In this document: piece by piece, positions 18,452 to 28,387 of the stretch
Numbering within the stretch: the first letter of the stretch is position 1
How the letters are laid out: each line of letters begins with the position of its first letter
From: Cyanobium sp. CACIAM 14
GTDB lineage: Bacteria > Cyanobacteriota > Cyanobacteriia > PCC-6307 > Cyanobiaceae
NCBI GenBank assembly: GCA_000708525.1
Contig: JMRP01000009.1
Span: 2,588-66,587 of the forward strand
Reading direction: 5' to 3'
DNA length: 64,000 nt
Translations under genes and position numbers: made by a program
The notes under the pieces: generated by a model
The model's input: only the letters and a program-made list of their open reading frames with translations
Database searches by the model: none
Told to the model about the DNA's origin: nothing

Positions 18452-18684
18452 CGACATTCAATGAGGGATCGCGGCTAGGTGGATGCCCGCGGCGAGTTTC
18501 TCAATTCCGGTCAGCTGGATGCCCTTTCCGGCATCATCGCCGACAGCTTCCAGCTTCTGGATGCCGTGAACAGGATCACCTCCAGCTTCCACCCTCGTCA
18601 CCAATGCGGCGCGGGCGCTGTTCGACCAGCCGCCGGCCCTGATCGCCCCTGGCGTGAACGCCTACTGTCCGGCGATGTTTAGAT
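18445..18684 (+). pseudogene. Relic of a phycocyanin beta-subunit (cpcB) gene: N-terminal ~77 codons only, with an internal stop and frameshift
   Basis: It reads [33 protein letters not shown], then after a +1 shift [27 protein letters not shown]. Compare intact cpcB (25177-25695): [64 protein letters not shown] lies just upstream of VDARG. Homology ends at a HIP1 site (18687). Confidence 0.75.
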
Positions 18685-18866
18685 AGGCGATCGCCTACGT
18701 AGTTGACACCGGGCAGCCTCCTCCGGGCCGGAACGCTGTCGACGGATCGGCAGGCGCCTGCGGACCACTGGCGGGCGCCCCTGCCGCACCTTTCCTGGGC
18801 CAGGAATGGGTCTACGTTGAAGACGGTTGCCGCACGGATCGCCTGCCCTGAGTGACTCCCTGAGCC

Positions 18867-19088
18867 TTGACGTACTCCGCCTCCGAAGGCCTGGCGCTGA
18901 TCGAGTGGTACCGCTCCTTCCGCCGCCTTCAGGACCAGCCGAGTCGTGATGTGACGGTCCAGGAGGCGGCCACGGTCGCGTTGGCCGTGGACGAGGCCGA
19001 TGACCCCGCGCTGATGGAGGATCGGGCGGCCCAGCCGAAGGTGCGCGAGACACTCAGGGAGATGGCCCTCCGTGTGCTCTCCACCTGA
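18867..19088 (+). CDS. Hypothetical small protein (73 aa, TTG start)
   Basis: Acidic, non-R/P-rich composition in an otherwise unassigned gap. No family recognised. Confidence 0.3.
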   Translation: MTYSASEGLALIEWYRSFRRLQDQPSRDVTVQEAATVALAVDEADDPALMEDRAAQPKVRETLREMALRVLST

Positions 19089-19114
19089 CGACGGGCGCCT
19101 CGCCGGATCTGGTG

Positions 19115-19471
19115 TCAGGGATGCACGGGGGCCAGGGGGGCCCTGGGCGGCAGCCCGCGGGCCCGGTCGTGCAGCAGGGTCGGCGACAGGGGAGCCTCGC
19201 TCCTTCTGCCTCCGAAGCGCAACTGCAGCCAGGTGATCACGGCAGGGTCGCCGGCGAGCACCGCCTCCTCCAGGGCGCTCCCCAGCGCCATCTCCTCCAC
19301 CAGGGCCGGCGGCAGGTACCAGATCTCCACGTCCGGCCCCTTGCGGTCGCGGCGTTCCTCGATCAGTTCCCGCAGCTGGCCATCGCCGCTCAGCTGACCG
19401 GATGGCGCCAGCAGCAGGGACAGGGTCCGGACCTGAGCGGTGGCGGACGGGGTGAAGGGGGCGGATGGCAT
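19115..19471 (-). CDS. Ycf54-like (DUF2488-like) protein, divergent
   Basis: ATG at 19471. ELIEERRDRKG..VEIWYLPPALV ... AVLAGDPAVITWLQLRF is collinear with my recollection of Ycf54 (EVLKERRRDYG..EIDFWQVIQPAFL ... AIVSTNKSFIVWVKLRL). The rest of the 331-aa track ORF is non-coding-like. Confidence 0.4.
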   Translation of the reverse strand: MPSAPFTPSATAQVRTLSLLLAPSGQLSGDGQLRELIEERRDRKGPDVEIWYLPPALVEEMALGSALEEAVLAGDPAVITWLQLRFGGRRSEAPLSPTLLHDRARGLPPRAPLAPVHP

Positions 19472-19497
19472 GGCGAGAGGGGGCGGTGGGGCGGGAT

Positions 19498-19554
19498 GCA
19501 ACGAAATCGTTGCGAGCGGACGATTGAACAACAGTAACGTTATACCGTTTCTGT
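19498..19554. promoter_or_regulatory. Two palindromes in the divergent Ycf54-like / heme oxygenase intergenic region (candidate operators)
   Basis: GCAACGA-aa-TCGTTGC (19498-19513, perfect 7-2-7) and ACAGTAACG-ttatac-CGTTTCTGT (19531-19554, 8/9). Both contain AACG...CGTT. Confidence 0.35.
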
Positions 19555-19596
19555 CAGCGCCCCTCCGGGTCCCCTCTCCCCTTCGGCACCGCCCCC

Positions 19597-20313
19597 ATGA
19601 CCACCGCCATCCCTCCAGCCATCTCCGACCACGCCAGGCCCGCCGATGTGCAGGCGCGCAAGGGTTTCGGGCCCCGGGTACGCCGTCTTCACGCCCGCAT
19701 CGGCGCTGCCCACCACAAGGCCGAGGGCATGGCCTTCTCCCGGGCGCTCCTGGCGGGTGAGGCCTCGCCCCGGCAGCTGGCGGCCCTGATCCGTGCCCTG
19801 GCTCCCGCCTACGAATGGATCGAGCAGGCCGGCCCCGAGCTCTCCTCGGCCCTCGGTGCTCCCGACTTCCCCTGGGCGGTGCTCTCCCGCAGCGAGGCCC
19901 TGCGGCAGGACGTCGCCCACCTGGTCGGCCTCGAGGCCACGCCACCGTCCGCGGCGGCCCGGGACTGGCTGGACCGTTTGCGGACCCTGGCTCAGCAGGA
20001 GCCCCATCGCTTTCTGGCCCACGTCTACGTGCGCTACGGCGGGGATCTCTCCGGAGGCCAGCAACTGGCTGAACAGGCCACGGCCATCCTCTCTGCCCAT
20101 AGCCTGGCACCCCTGCGCTTCTGGCAGTTCGACAGGCCGACCGCGGCGCTGAAGCAGGCCCTTCATGACGCCTTCGAGCAACTCGACCTCAGCGACGCCG
20201 AGGACGCGGAGCTGCTGGAGGAAGCGGAGCTGGCCTTCCATGCCACCCAGCGGCTACTGGCGGAGCTGGGGGATCTGGAAGCCCTCGCCGTCCCAACCGA
20301 GCCGGCGGCCTGA
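19597..20313 (+). CDS. Heme oxygenase
   Basis: HKAEGMAFSRALL ... FLAHVYVRYGGDLSGGQ matches the HO signature (AH.YTRYLGDLSGGQ). Confidence 0.85.
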   Translation: MTTAIPPAISDHARPADVQARKGFGPRVRRLHARIGAAHHKAEGMAFSRALLAGEASPRQLAALIRALAPAYEWIEQAGPELSSALGAPDFPWAVLSRSEALRQDVAHLVGLEATPPSAAARDWLDRLRTLAQQEPHRFLAHVYVRYGGDLSGGQQLAEQATAILSAHSLAPLRFWQFDRPTAALKQALHDAFEQLDLSDAEDAELLEEAELAFHATQRLLAELGDLEALAVPTEPAA

Positions 20314-20360
20314 TCGCCCCCCAACGGTTACCGACCTCCCCTCTCCCCGACGCTTCAGCC

Positions 20361-21728
20361 ATGACCCCAGCGGCCTCCGCCCCATCCCTTCCCTCCACCA
20401 TCGATCTGCTGCTCAAGCACGACCGGCCCGTGCCCCGGTACACGAGCTACCCCACTGCCGCGGCGTTTCACGAGGGCGTCACGGCGGACCATCTGGCGGC
20501 CCAGCTGGCCCGACCCACGGCGGAGCCCCTCTCGCTCTACGTGCATGTGCCCTTCTGTCGCAACGCCTGCTGGTTCTGCGGCTGCAACCGCATCACCACC
20601 GGCGCCGGCGCAACGGTGGTGGAGCCTTACCTGGAGGCCCTCTCCGGTGAACTGGCGTTGATCTCCCGCCACTCCGCGCAGCGCCGCCGCCTCAGCCAGC
20701 TGCACTGGGGCGGGGGCACCCCCAACTACCTCAGCACCCCCGAGCAGGAGCGGCTGTGGGGGCTGATCGAGGCGCATTTCGACCTCCAGAGCGACCTGGA
20801 GGCCTCGATCGAGGTGAACCCCGAGTCCCTCTCCCGCGAGGCGGTGGTCGCCCTGCGCCGGATGGGGTTCAGCCGGATCAGCTTCGGCATCCAGGATGCC
20901 GATCCCGAGGTGCAGCGGGCCGTCAACCGCGTGGTGCCGGTGGACCAGCTGCGGAGGGTCATGGGCTGGATGCGGGACGCGGGCTTCGCCAGCGTCAACG
21001 TCGACCTGATCTGCGGTCTGCCGCTCCAGACCCCGGAGCGTTTCGAGGCCACCCTGGCGCTGGTCCAGGACCTGCGCCCCGATCGGGTCTCCCTCTTCTC
21101 CTTCGCCTACCTGCCCGACCAGCTGCCCCTGCAGCGCCGGATCTCCCCGGCGGATCTGCCTAGCCGGCTGCAGCGGCTGCAGATGCTCCGCAGCGCCGCC
21201 GGGCGCCTCGGCGCCAGCGGCTACGACGCCATCGGCATGGACCACTACGCCCTCAGGGAGGACGGGCTGGCCGTGGCCGCCCGCGAGGGGCGCCTGCATC
21301 GCAATTTCCAGGGGTACACCACCGGCGGCGAAGTGGAGCTGCTCGGGGTCGGCCCCACCGCGATCAGCCAGTTCCCGCACCTGTTCAGCCAGAACTGGCG
21401 CGACCTCAAGGCGTACCGGGCCAGCATCGCCGCGGGTCGGTTGCCGGTGGAGCGGGGGCTGACGGTCACCGACCCGGAGGTGCTGGAACGGCGCGAACTG
21501 ATCCGGGAGGTCATGTGTCATTTCCGGGCGGACCTCGACCCTGAGCGGTGGTCCGTGGAGTGGGCCGATCTGGAGGCCCTGGCGGACGATGGCCTGGTGC
21601 GGCTCAGCCGTACGGGCCGCCAGGGGCGGGTGGAGGTGACCGACGCCGGACGCTGGCTGATCCGCACCGTGGCGGCGGTGTTCGATCCGTCCCAGCGTCT
21701 GAGGGCGTCCGGCTCGCGGCTGATCTGA
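20361..21728 (+). CDS. hemN: Oxygen-independent coproporphyrinogen III oxidase (radical SAM)
   Basis: YVHVPFCRNACWFCGC radical-SAM cluster, GGGTPNYL, and a HemN C-terminal domain. Confidence 0.9.
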   Translation: MTPAASAPSLPSTIDLLLKHDRPVPRYTSYPTAAAFHEGVTADHLAAQLARPTAEPLSLYVHVPFCRNACWFCGCNRITTGAGATVVEPYLEALSGELALISRHSAQRRRLSQLHWGGGTPNYLSTPEQERLWGLIEAHFDLQSDLEASIEVNPESLSREAVVALRRMGFSRISFGIQDADPEVQRAVNRVVPVDQLRRVMGWMRDAGFASVNVDLICGLPLQTPERFEATLALVQDLRPDRVSLFSFAYLPDQLPLQRRISPADLPSRLQRLQMLRSAAGRLGASGYDAIGMDHYALREDGLAVAAREGRLHRNFQGYTTGGEVELLGVGPTAISQFPHLFSQNWRDLKAYRASIAAGRLPVERGLTVTDPEVLERRELIREVMCHFRADLDPERWSVEWADLEALADDGLVRLSRTGRQGRVEVTDAGRWLIRTVAAVFDPSQRLRASGSRLI

Positions 21729-21748
21729 GCCCCCCTCAGGCTTCCGGC

Positions 21749-22468
21749 TCAGGTTTCCAGCAGGCAGTTGATCTTCAGCTCGAAGGGCACGGCGCTGGCC
21801 GGCAGGGTCAGCAGCTGGGCGGTGATGGCGGCCAGATCCTCCGGCTGGGTCATCGCCTTGGGGGGCACGGCCGTCACGGCGGCGGCCATCGTGGTGTTCA
21901 CCCACCCCGGACAGAGGGCCGTCACCCGGATACCGGCCTCCCAGCCCTCGTTGCGCATCGTCTGGCACAGGGCCATGAGGGCGAACTTGCTCGCGGGGTA
22001 GGCCGCCAGCGAGCCCTTGACCCGCTGGCCACTCATCGAGACGAGGGTGATCACCCTTCCATCGCCGCTGGCCGCGAGTGCCGGCCAGGCGGCCCTGCTG
22101 AGCCACCAGGGGCCCATCAGATTGACCCTCCAGAGCTCTTCGATCTCCTTCTCCTCCCCGTCTGCGAACAGGAGGCCCACCCGGGAGAAGATCCCGGCGC
22201 TGTGGATCAGCCCGTCGATCGCCCCGAAGTGCCTCAGCGTTGCGTGCACCCAGGCCGCGGCCTGATCCGGGTCACGGGCGTCGTAAGGATGCAGCAGCAC
22301 CCGCCCCGGTTGGTGGCGGGCGGCCTCGCCAAGGGATCCTTTGCTGAGCACCGAGGGATCCCGCACCCCCAGGCTGAGCCGATGCCCCTCCGTCAGGAGC
22401 TTCTCGGCGATGGCACGGCCGATGCCCCTGCTGGCTCCGCTGATCAGGAGGCTGCGTGGGCTGGCCAT
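21749..22468 (-). CDS. Short-chain dehydrogenase/reductase (SDR)
   Basis: ISGASRGIGRAIA (TGxxxGxG-type), NSAG-like HSAG, and YPASKFAL (YxxxK). Confidence 0.85.
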   Translation of the reverse strand: MASPRSLLISGASRGIGRAIAEKLLTEGHRLSLGVRDPSVLSKGSLGEAARHQPGRVLLHPYDARDPDQAAAWVHATLRHFGAIDGLIHSAGIFSRVGLLFADGEEKEIEELWRVNLMGPWWLSRAAWPALAASGDGRVITLVSMSGQRVKGSLAAYPASKFALMALCQTMRNEGWEAGIRVTALCPGWVNTTMAAAVTAVPPKAMTQPEDLAAITAQLLTLPASAVPFELKINCLLET

Positions 22469-22613
22469 GGCAGAAGGTGAGGGGGCAAGGGAAAACTAAG
22501 AGCCAACGGGGAAGCTCCTGAATGAATGGCGCACATCAGCCCATCGCTGCATCCAGGTGGCCCCGAGACGTTTGTTTGCAATCCTGATACCATCCGCTCC
22601 AAACGTGAGTCGG

Positions 22614-23084
22614 ATGGGATTCTTCAGCTTCTCCCGCTCCAACTTCATGGCCATTTCCCGTGGCTCCGGAGCTACTCAGCAACGGCTCAGATCGCTGAAG
22701 CCGAGACAGGAACAGCGCTCAACGGTCCCCATCTTCAGCATCAAGATCCGCGCCGAGTTCTTCCTGAAAGGCCGGCGGTACGTCGGCAATCTCTGGGATG
22801 TCAGCCGATGGGGAGCCTGTGTATGCAGTTTCGAACCGCTTCCCTCTTCCGGACGGATTCGTGTGTGCCTGCACGACCATGCCAGCGACGACATGGTGGA
22901 ACGGATGGCCACGCTCCTCTGGTCCGACCACGCGATGAATGCCTATTACGTGGGTTTCTGTTTCGATGAGCCTCTGGGGGAGGACTGCGGTTTCCTGTGC
23001 AACCTGCTGAACATCCCGGATAGCTCGCTGACCAGTCGTCTGTCGAGCATCGGCCCCATTCGTCTCAATCCCTGGCCCGTCTGA
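22614..23084 (+). CDS. PilZ-domain protein (c-di-GMP receptor type)
   Basis: RQEQR (RxxxR), then 26 residues later DVSRWG (DxSxxG). The start could be 22557, 22614 or 22647. The region is slightly AT-richer than its flanks. Confidence 0.7.
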   Translation: MGFFSFSRSNFMAISRGSGATQQRLRSLKPRQEQRSTVPIFSIKIRAEFFLKGRRYVGNLWDVSRWGACVCSFEPLPSSGRIRVCLHDHASDDMVERMATLLWSDHAMNAYYVGFCFDEPLGEDCGFLCNLLNIPDSSLTSRLSSIGPIRLNPWPV

Positions 23085-23132
23085 AGCACCAGAACTGCTC
23101 CCGTCGATGGCCTCCAGGAACCAAGATGGCCG

Positions 23133-23168
23133 AAAGAAAAAACGAGCTGGCCAGGGGGGCCAGCTCGT
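23133..23168 (-). terminator. Intrinsic terminator of the amt-PII operon
   Basis: Minus strand reads ACGAGCTGGCC-cccct-GGCCAGCTCGT followed by TTTTTTCTTTC, 33 nt after the PII stop. Confidence 0.8.
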
Positions 23169-23200
23169 CGTGATGGGGCCGGAAGCGGCCGGTCGGTGGT

Positions 23201-25001
<1,801 letters not shown>

Positions 25002-25068
25002 TGGAGGAGGGTGAGAAAACGCCAAGTGAGCGCGTACTCCACAATCGGTAAGGATGCATCGGGGCTGT

Positions 25069-25082
25069 GTAGCGACGGCTAC
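25069..25082 (-). promoter_or_regulatory. NtcA-type binding site (GTA-N8-TAC) upstream of amt
   Basis: GTAGCGACGGCTAC lies between the cpcB terminator and the amt start. A weak -10-like TACCGAT sits about 20 nt downstream on the minus strand. Confidence 0.5.
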
Positions 25083-25111
25083 CAATAAGGTGTTTGGCTT
25101 GGGAGCGGCCA

Positions 25112-25136
25112 CAAAAAAGCCGGGGGAGTCCCCGGC
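25112..25136 (-). terminator. Intrinsic terminator directly after cpcB
   Basis: Minus strand reads GCCGGGG-actc-CCCCGGC followed by TTTTTTG. Confidence 0.75.
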
Positions 25137-25176
25137 GATGGGATGGATGGCAGTGGTGCGGATCTGCCAGAGCCGA

Positions 25177-25695
25177 TCAGGCGACGGCGGCGGCGGCGCG
25201 ATCGAAGTAGGTGCCGATTTCCGACATCAGGGCGGAGCAGTCACCCTGGGTGATGCCGTTGCGGTCGTTGGCGATGGCGATGGCGGCGTCCTTCATCTTG
25301 AGGATGCCTTCGGCCACGGAAGCGCCGGGCACACCGAGGGCCAGGTAGGTCTCGCGGAGGCCGTTGAGGCAGCGGTCCTCGAGGACGGAGGCGTCACCGG
25401 TGAAGACGGCGTAGGTGATGTAGCGGAGGACGATCTCCATGTCGCGCAGGCAGGCGGCCATGCGGCGATGGGTGTAGGCGTTGCCGCCGGGAGCGATCAG
25501 AGCTGGCTGCTGCTCGAAGAGATCGCGGGCCGCGTTGGTGACGATCCTGGAGGCATTGGAGGTGATGCGGTTGACCGCATCCATCCGCTTGTTGCTCTCG
25601 GCGACCATCGCCGCGAGGGCGTCGATCTGGCCGGTGCTGAGGAATTCGCCGCGGGCATCGGCCTGGGCCACGACCTTGGTGAAGGCGTCGAACAT
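25177..25695 (-). CDS. cpcB: Phycocyanin beta subunit (172 aa), with no adjacent alpha-subunit gene
   Basis: [20 protein letters not shown] ... [12 protein letters not shown] (Cys82) ... GDCSALMSE (Cys153) ... [10 protein letters not shown]. Full-length and intact. Confidence 0.92.
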   Translation of the reverse strand: MFDAFTKVVAQADARGEFLSTGQIDALAAMVAESNKRMDAVNRITSNASRIVTNAARDLFEQQPALIAPGGNAYTHRRMAACLRDMEIVLRYITYAVFTGDASVLEDRCLNGLRETYLALGVPGASVAEGILKMKDAAIAIANDRNGITQGDCSALMSEIGTYFDRAAAAVA

Positions 25696-25852
25696 GGGGC
25701 TGGGAACTTGGAGTGAGTCCGAAGTCTCGACCTTAGGGACGACGCCAGGACTGCCGCGAGCCATCCCCGTGGCACGCCCTCGAACACCACCTGAGCCGTG
25801 ACCTGAACCGATCGGGGAGTCTGCCTAGGCTGGCGCGGCACTGTTGCAGGCC

Positions 25853-27136
25853 ATGGCCGCTATGTTGGACGATCCCTGTCAGCCGCTGGGCTGGAGGGAG
25901 CTTGAGGCCCAGGCAAAGCCGGAGGTGGATCCCGCGGAGGGACCCACCAACGCCCAGGCCGTGCTGCGTCTGTTCGGCGGCACCGAGCGGGATGTCCGGG
26001 TGACCCTCTACCGCGACCACCATGCCTGGTGCCCCTACTGCCAGAAGGTGTGGCTGTGGCTGGAGGAGCGCCGGGTTCCCTATCGGATCCGCAAGGTGAC
26101 GATGTTCTGCTACGGGCAGAAGGAGCGGTGGTACACCGATCTGGTCTCCAGCGGCATGCTCCCCGCCCTGGAACTGGATGGCTGCCAGATCACCGAAAGT
26201 GATCGCATCCTCGAGGCGCTGGAAGCCGCGTTCGGTCCGCTGGGCCCAGGGATGAACGATCCGGCGGTGCTTGCCCTGCGCCAGCTGGAGCGCCTGCTGT
26301 TCCGGGCCTGGTGCCAGTGGCTCTGCGTGCCCAGCCGGGATGCGGGCGAGGAGGCCCGTGGCAGGAGCGGTTTCGAACGCTTCGCCCAGCGGTTCGATGC
26401 CGCCCTGTCCGCCGAAGGCGGGCCGTTCCTGCTGGGTGCCTTCAGCACGGCGGATCTGGTCTTCGTGCCCTACGTCGAGCGGATGAATGCCAGTCTGGCC
26501 TACTACAAGGGTTACCTGCTGCGGGAGGCCTTTCCTGCCATCGATCGCTGGTTCATTGCTCTGGAGGGGCGCAGCACCTACCTCGGCACCCAGAGCGACT
26601 TCCACACCCATGCCCACGATCTGCCCCCCCAGATGGGGGGCTGCCATGCCAGCGGCACCGCGGAGCAGCGCCATCTGGCTGCGCGGATCGACGCCGGCCC
26701 CTGGCCAGTTCTGGGTCCGGAGCGGCCTGATCCCGAGACCAGCCAGAGCACGCCGGCGGATGCGGCTGCCACCGCCCTCGCCAGGGTGTTGAAGCATCGC
26801 CTCACTCTGCTGGAACGCAACCCGCTCGGCCCCGAGGGGCTGGATCGTCCGCTTCGCTGCGCCCTCACCCACCTGATCACGGGCCGTGACTGTCCGCCTC
26901 CCGCCGGTTCGGCCAGCGGGCTCCGCTACCTCCGTGATCGCATCTGCGTGCCGAGGGACATGCCTCTCCACGCCGCCCGACGGCTGCGCAGCTCCCTGGA
27001 GCGGACCGCCAGCCACGATCCGCTGGATCCGATGGCCATGGCCGAGCCGATCCCCCTGCGCCATCGACGCGATCAGGATCCGGCCCCGTTCCTGGCGGTC
27101 AAGGCTGGCACCCCCTTCCGGAGGGCCTGGCGATGA
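25853..27136 (+). CDS. Glutathione S-transferase family protein with an N-terminal CPYC thioredoxin-fold motif
   Basis: HHAWCPYCQKVWLWLEERRVPY ... LPALELDG ... ESDRILEALE, with a long C-terminal extension. A TTG at 25844 is an alternative start. Confidence 0.7.
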   Translation: MAAMLDDPCQPLGWRELEAQAKPEVDPAEGPTNAQAVLRLFGGTERDVRVTLYRDHHAWCPYCQKVWLWLEERRVPYRIRKVTMFCYGQKERWYTDLVSSGMLPALELDGCQITESDRILEALEAAFGPLGPGMNDPAVLALRQLERLLFRAWCQWLCVPSRDAGEEARGRSGFERFAQRFDAALSAEGGPFLLGAFSTADLVFVPYVERMNASLAYYKGYLLREAFPAIDRWFIALEGRSTYLGTQSDFHTHAHDLPPQMGGCHASGTAEQRHLAARIDAGPWPVLGPERPDPETSQSTPADAAATALARVLKHRLTLLERNPLGPEGLDRPLRCALTHLITGRDCPPPAGSASGLRYLRDRICVPRDMPLHAARRLRSSLERTASHDPLDPMAMAEPIPLRHRRDQDPAPFLAVKAGTPFRRAWR

Positions 27137-27696
27137 CAGCCGCTCCGAAGCAGGGAGGCGTGGGGCGAAGCCTGGCGCCGCTGGCCCTGGCCCTGCTGCT
27201 GGCGCCGGCTGCCCCGGCCGGGGCCCTCGAAGTGGGGGGCAGCACCAGCTTCGTTCGCGCCCCCTGGAAGGTGAGCCTCACGAGTTACAACACCAATGTC
27301 GGGCAGGCACCGGTGGAGTACTTCTTCACCCTCAGCCTCGACCAGGAGGCCGGGGCCTCCCTGGGAGCCCTGACGATCCAGCAGACCCGTGGTGCCGACT
27401 GGCAGTTCCCCTTCTCCGTGGATCGCACCCGCGCCTTTCTTGGCGTTCCGCGCCGCGAGGGGGCTCCCATCCCCGTGCAGGCCCGCTTCGATGCCGCGGC
27501 CCGTCAGTTCACCCTCACGTTCCCCGAGCCTGTCCCTCCCGGCTCCACCTTCACGGTCTCCCTGAGGCCCTGGTCGAACCCCTCCCAGGCCGACACCTAC
27601 CTGTTCCAGGTAGTGGCCTTTCCTGCCGGTCCCAATCCCGTCGCCTCGCCGGTGGGGGTGGGCACCCTGCGGATCTACCAGTCCATCGATTGGTAG
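27133..27696 (+). CDS. Secreted DUF2808-like protein
   Basis: Signal peptide. The composition pattern (FFTLSLDQEAG ... LTIQQ ... FTLTFPEPVPPGSTFTVSLRP) resembles the cyanobacterial DUF2808 family as I recall it. ATGA overlap with the GST stop. Confidence 0.6.
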   Translation: MTAAPKQGGVGRSLAPLALALLLAPAAPAGALEVGGSTSFVRAPWKVSLTSYNTNVGQAPVEYFFTLSLDQEAGASLGALTIQQTRGADWQFPFSVDRTRAFLGVPRREGAPIPVQARFDAAARQFTLTFPEPVPPGSTFTVSLRPWSNPSQADTYLFQVVAFPAGPNPVASPVGVGTLRIYQSIDW

Positions 27697-27724
27697 CCAG
27701 AATGCCGTTCAATCGGGTTCCGGC

Positions 27725-28006
27725 GTGATGCAGGCCAGTTGGAATGGGCGGGTGGTCGCCAGCAGCGACGACATCGTGACGGTGGAGGGGAATGCCTATT
27801 TCCCCGCCGAGTCCCTCGATCCCGCCTGCATCCGAGAATCAAACCATCGCAGCGTGTGTGGCTGGAAGGGGGAGGCTCACTACTACGACCTGATCGTGGA
27901 CGGCCAGGTGAATGCCAATGCGGTCTGGTATTACCCGGATCCGAAGCCTGCGGCGAGCAACATCCGCGGCAGAGTCGCCTTCTGGAAAGGGGTCAAGGTG
28001 GCTTGA
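27725..28006 (+). CDS. DUF427-domain protein
   Basis: VEGNAYFP ... CGWKGEAHYYDL ... NANAVWYYPDPKPAA ... VAFWKGV. Confidence 0.7.
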   Translation: MMQASWNGRVVASSDDIVTVEGNAYFPAESLDPACIRESNHRSVCGWKGEAHYYDLIVDGQVNANAVWYYPDPKPAASNIRGRVAFWKGVKVA

Positions 28007-28036
28007 GGCCCAGGGGCCTCGGGTGCACCGAGCCCT

Positions 28037-28273
28037 TCAGGTGCCCGGATGGCGCAGGGTGCGCCACTCACCGCTCAGGGTGCTGACTTCCACCCCGATG
28101 CCCACAGGACCCTGGACCGGGCCGAATTCCTCCTGCCACCACTGCAGGGCCTCCGACCAGGCGGCATCGAGGGAGTCGTAGTGGTCGTCGAGAACGGGGT
28201 GGGGGTCACCCTGCTGATCGACCAGCCGGTAGGTGCGGCACGGCTGGGAGCCTCGGCGGAGGCCGGGGGTCAT
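28037..28273 (-). CDS. Small hypothetical protein
   Basis: YRLVDQQGDPHPVLDDHYDSLDAAWSEALQWWQEEFG ... IGVEVSTLSGEWRTLRHPG has a protein-like composition. The start may be 28306 or 28273. Confidence 0.45.
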   Translation of the reverse strand: MTPGLRRGSQPCRTYRLVDQQGDPHPVLDDHYDSLDAAWSEALQWWQEEFGPVQGPVGIGVEVSTLSGEWRTLRHPGT

Positions 28274-28387
28274 GCGGCTGGAGGACAGGGGTAAGGAGAT
28301 CGCCACGTCTTGCCTGCGGACAGATCATGGATTCTCGGCCCTGTGCCAGATCCGAACTGTCACCTTCACAACATCTTCCAGTGTTCC

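Noticed and set aside
25002-25112. N-terminal extension of the amt ORF (track start 25112)
   Set aside because: The extension would read through the cpcB terminator flank and the GTA-N8-TAC NtcA box. Its sequence (MAAPKPNTLLVAVATQPRCILTDCG...) is not Amt-like. The start was moved to 25001, and the MAFFLMAIG Met further downstream also remains possible.
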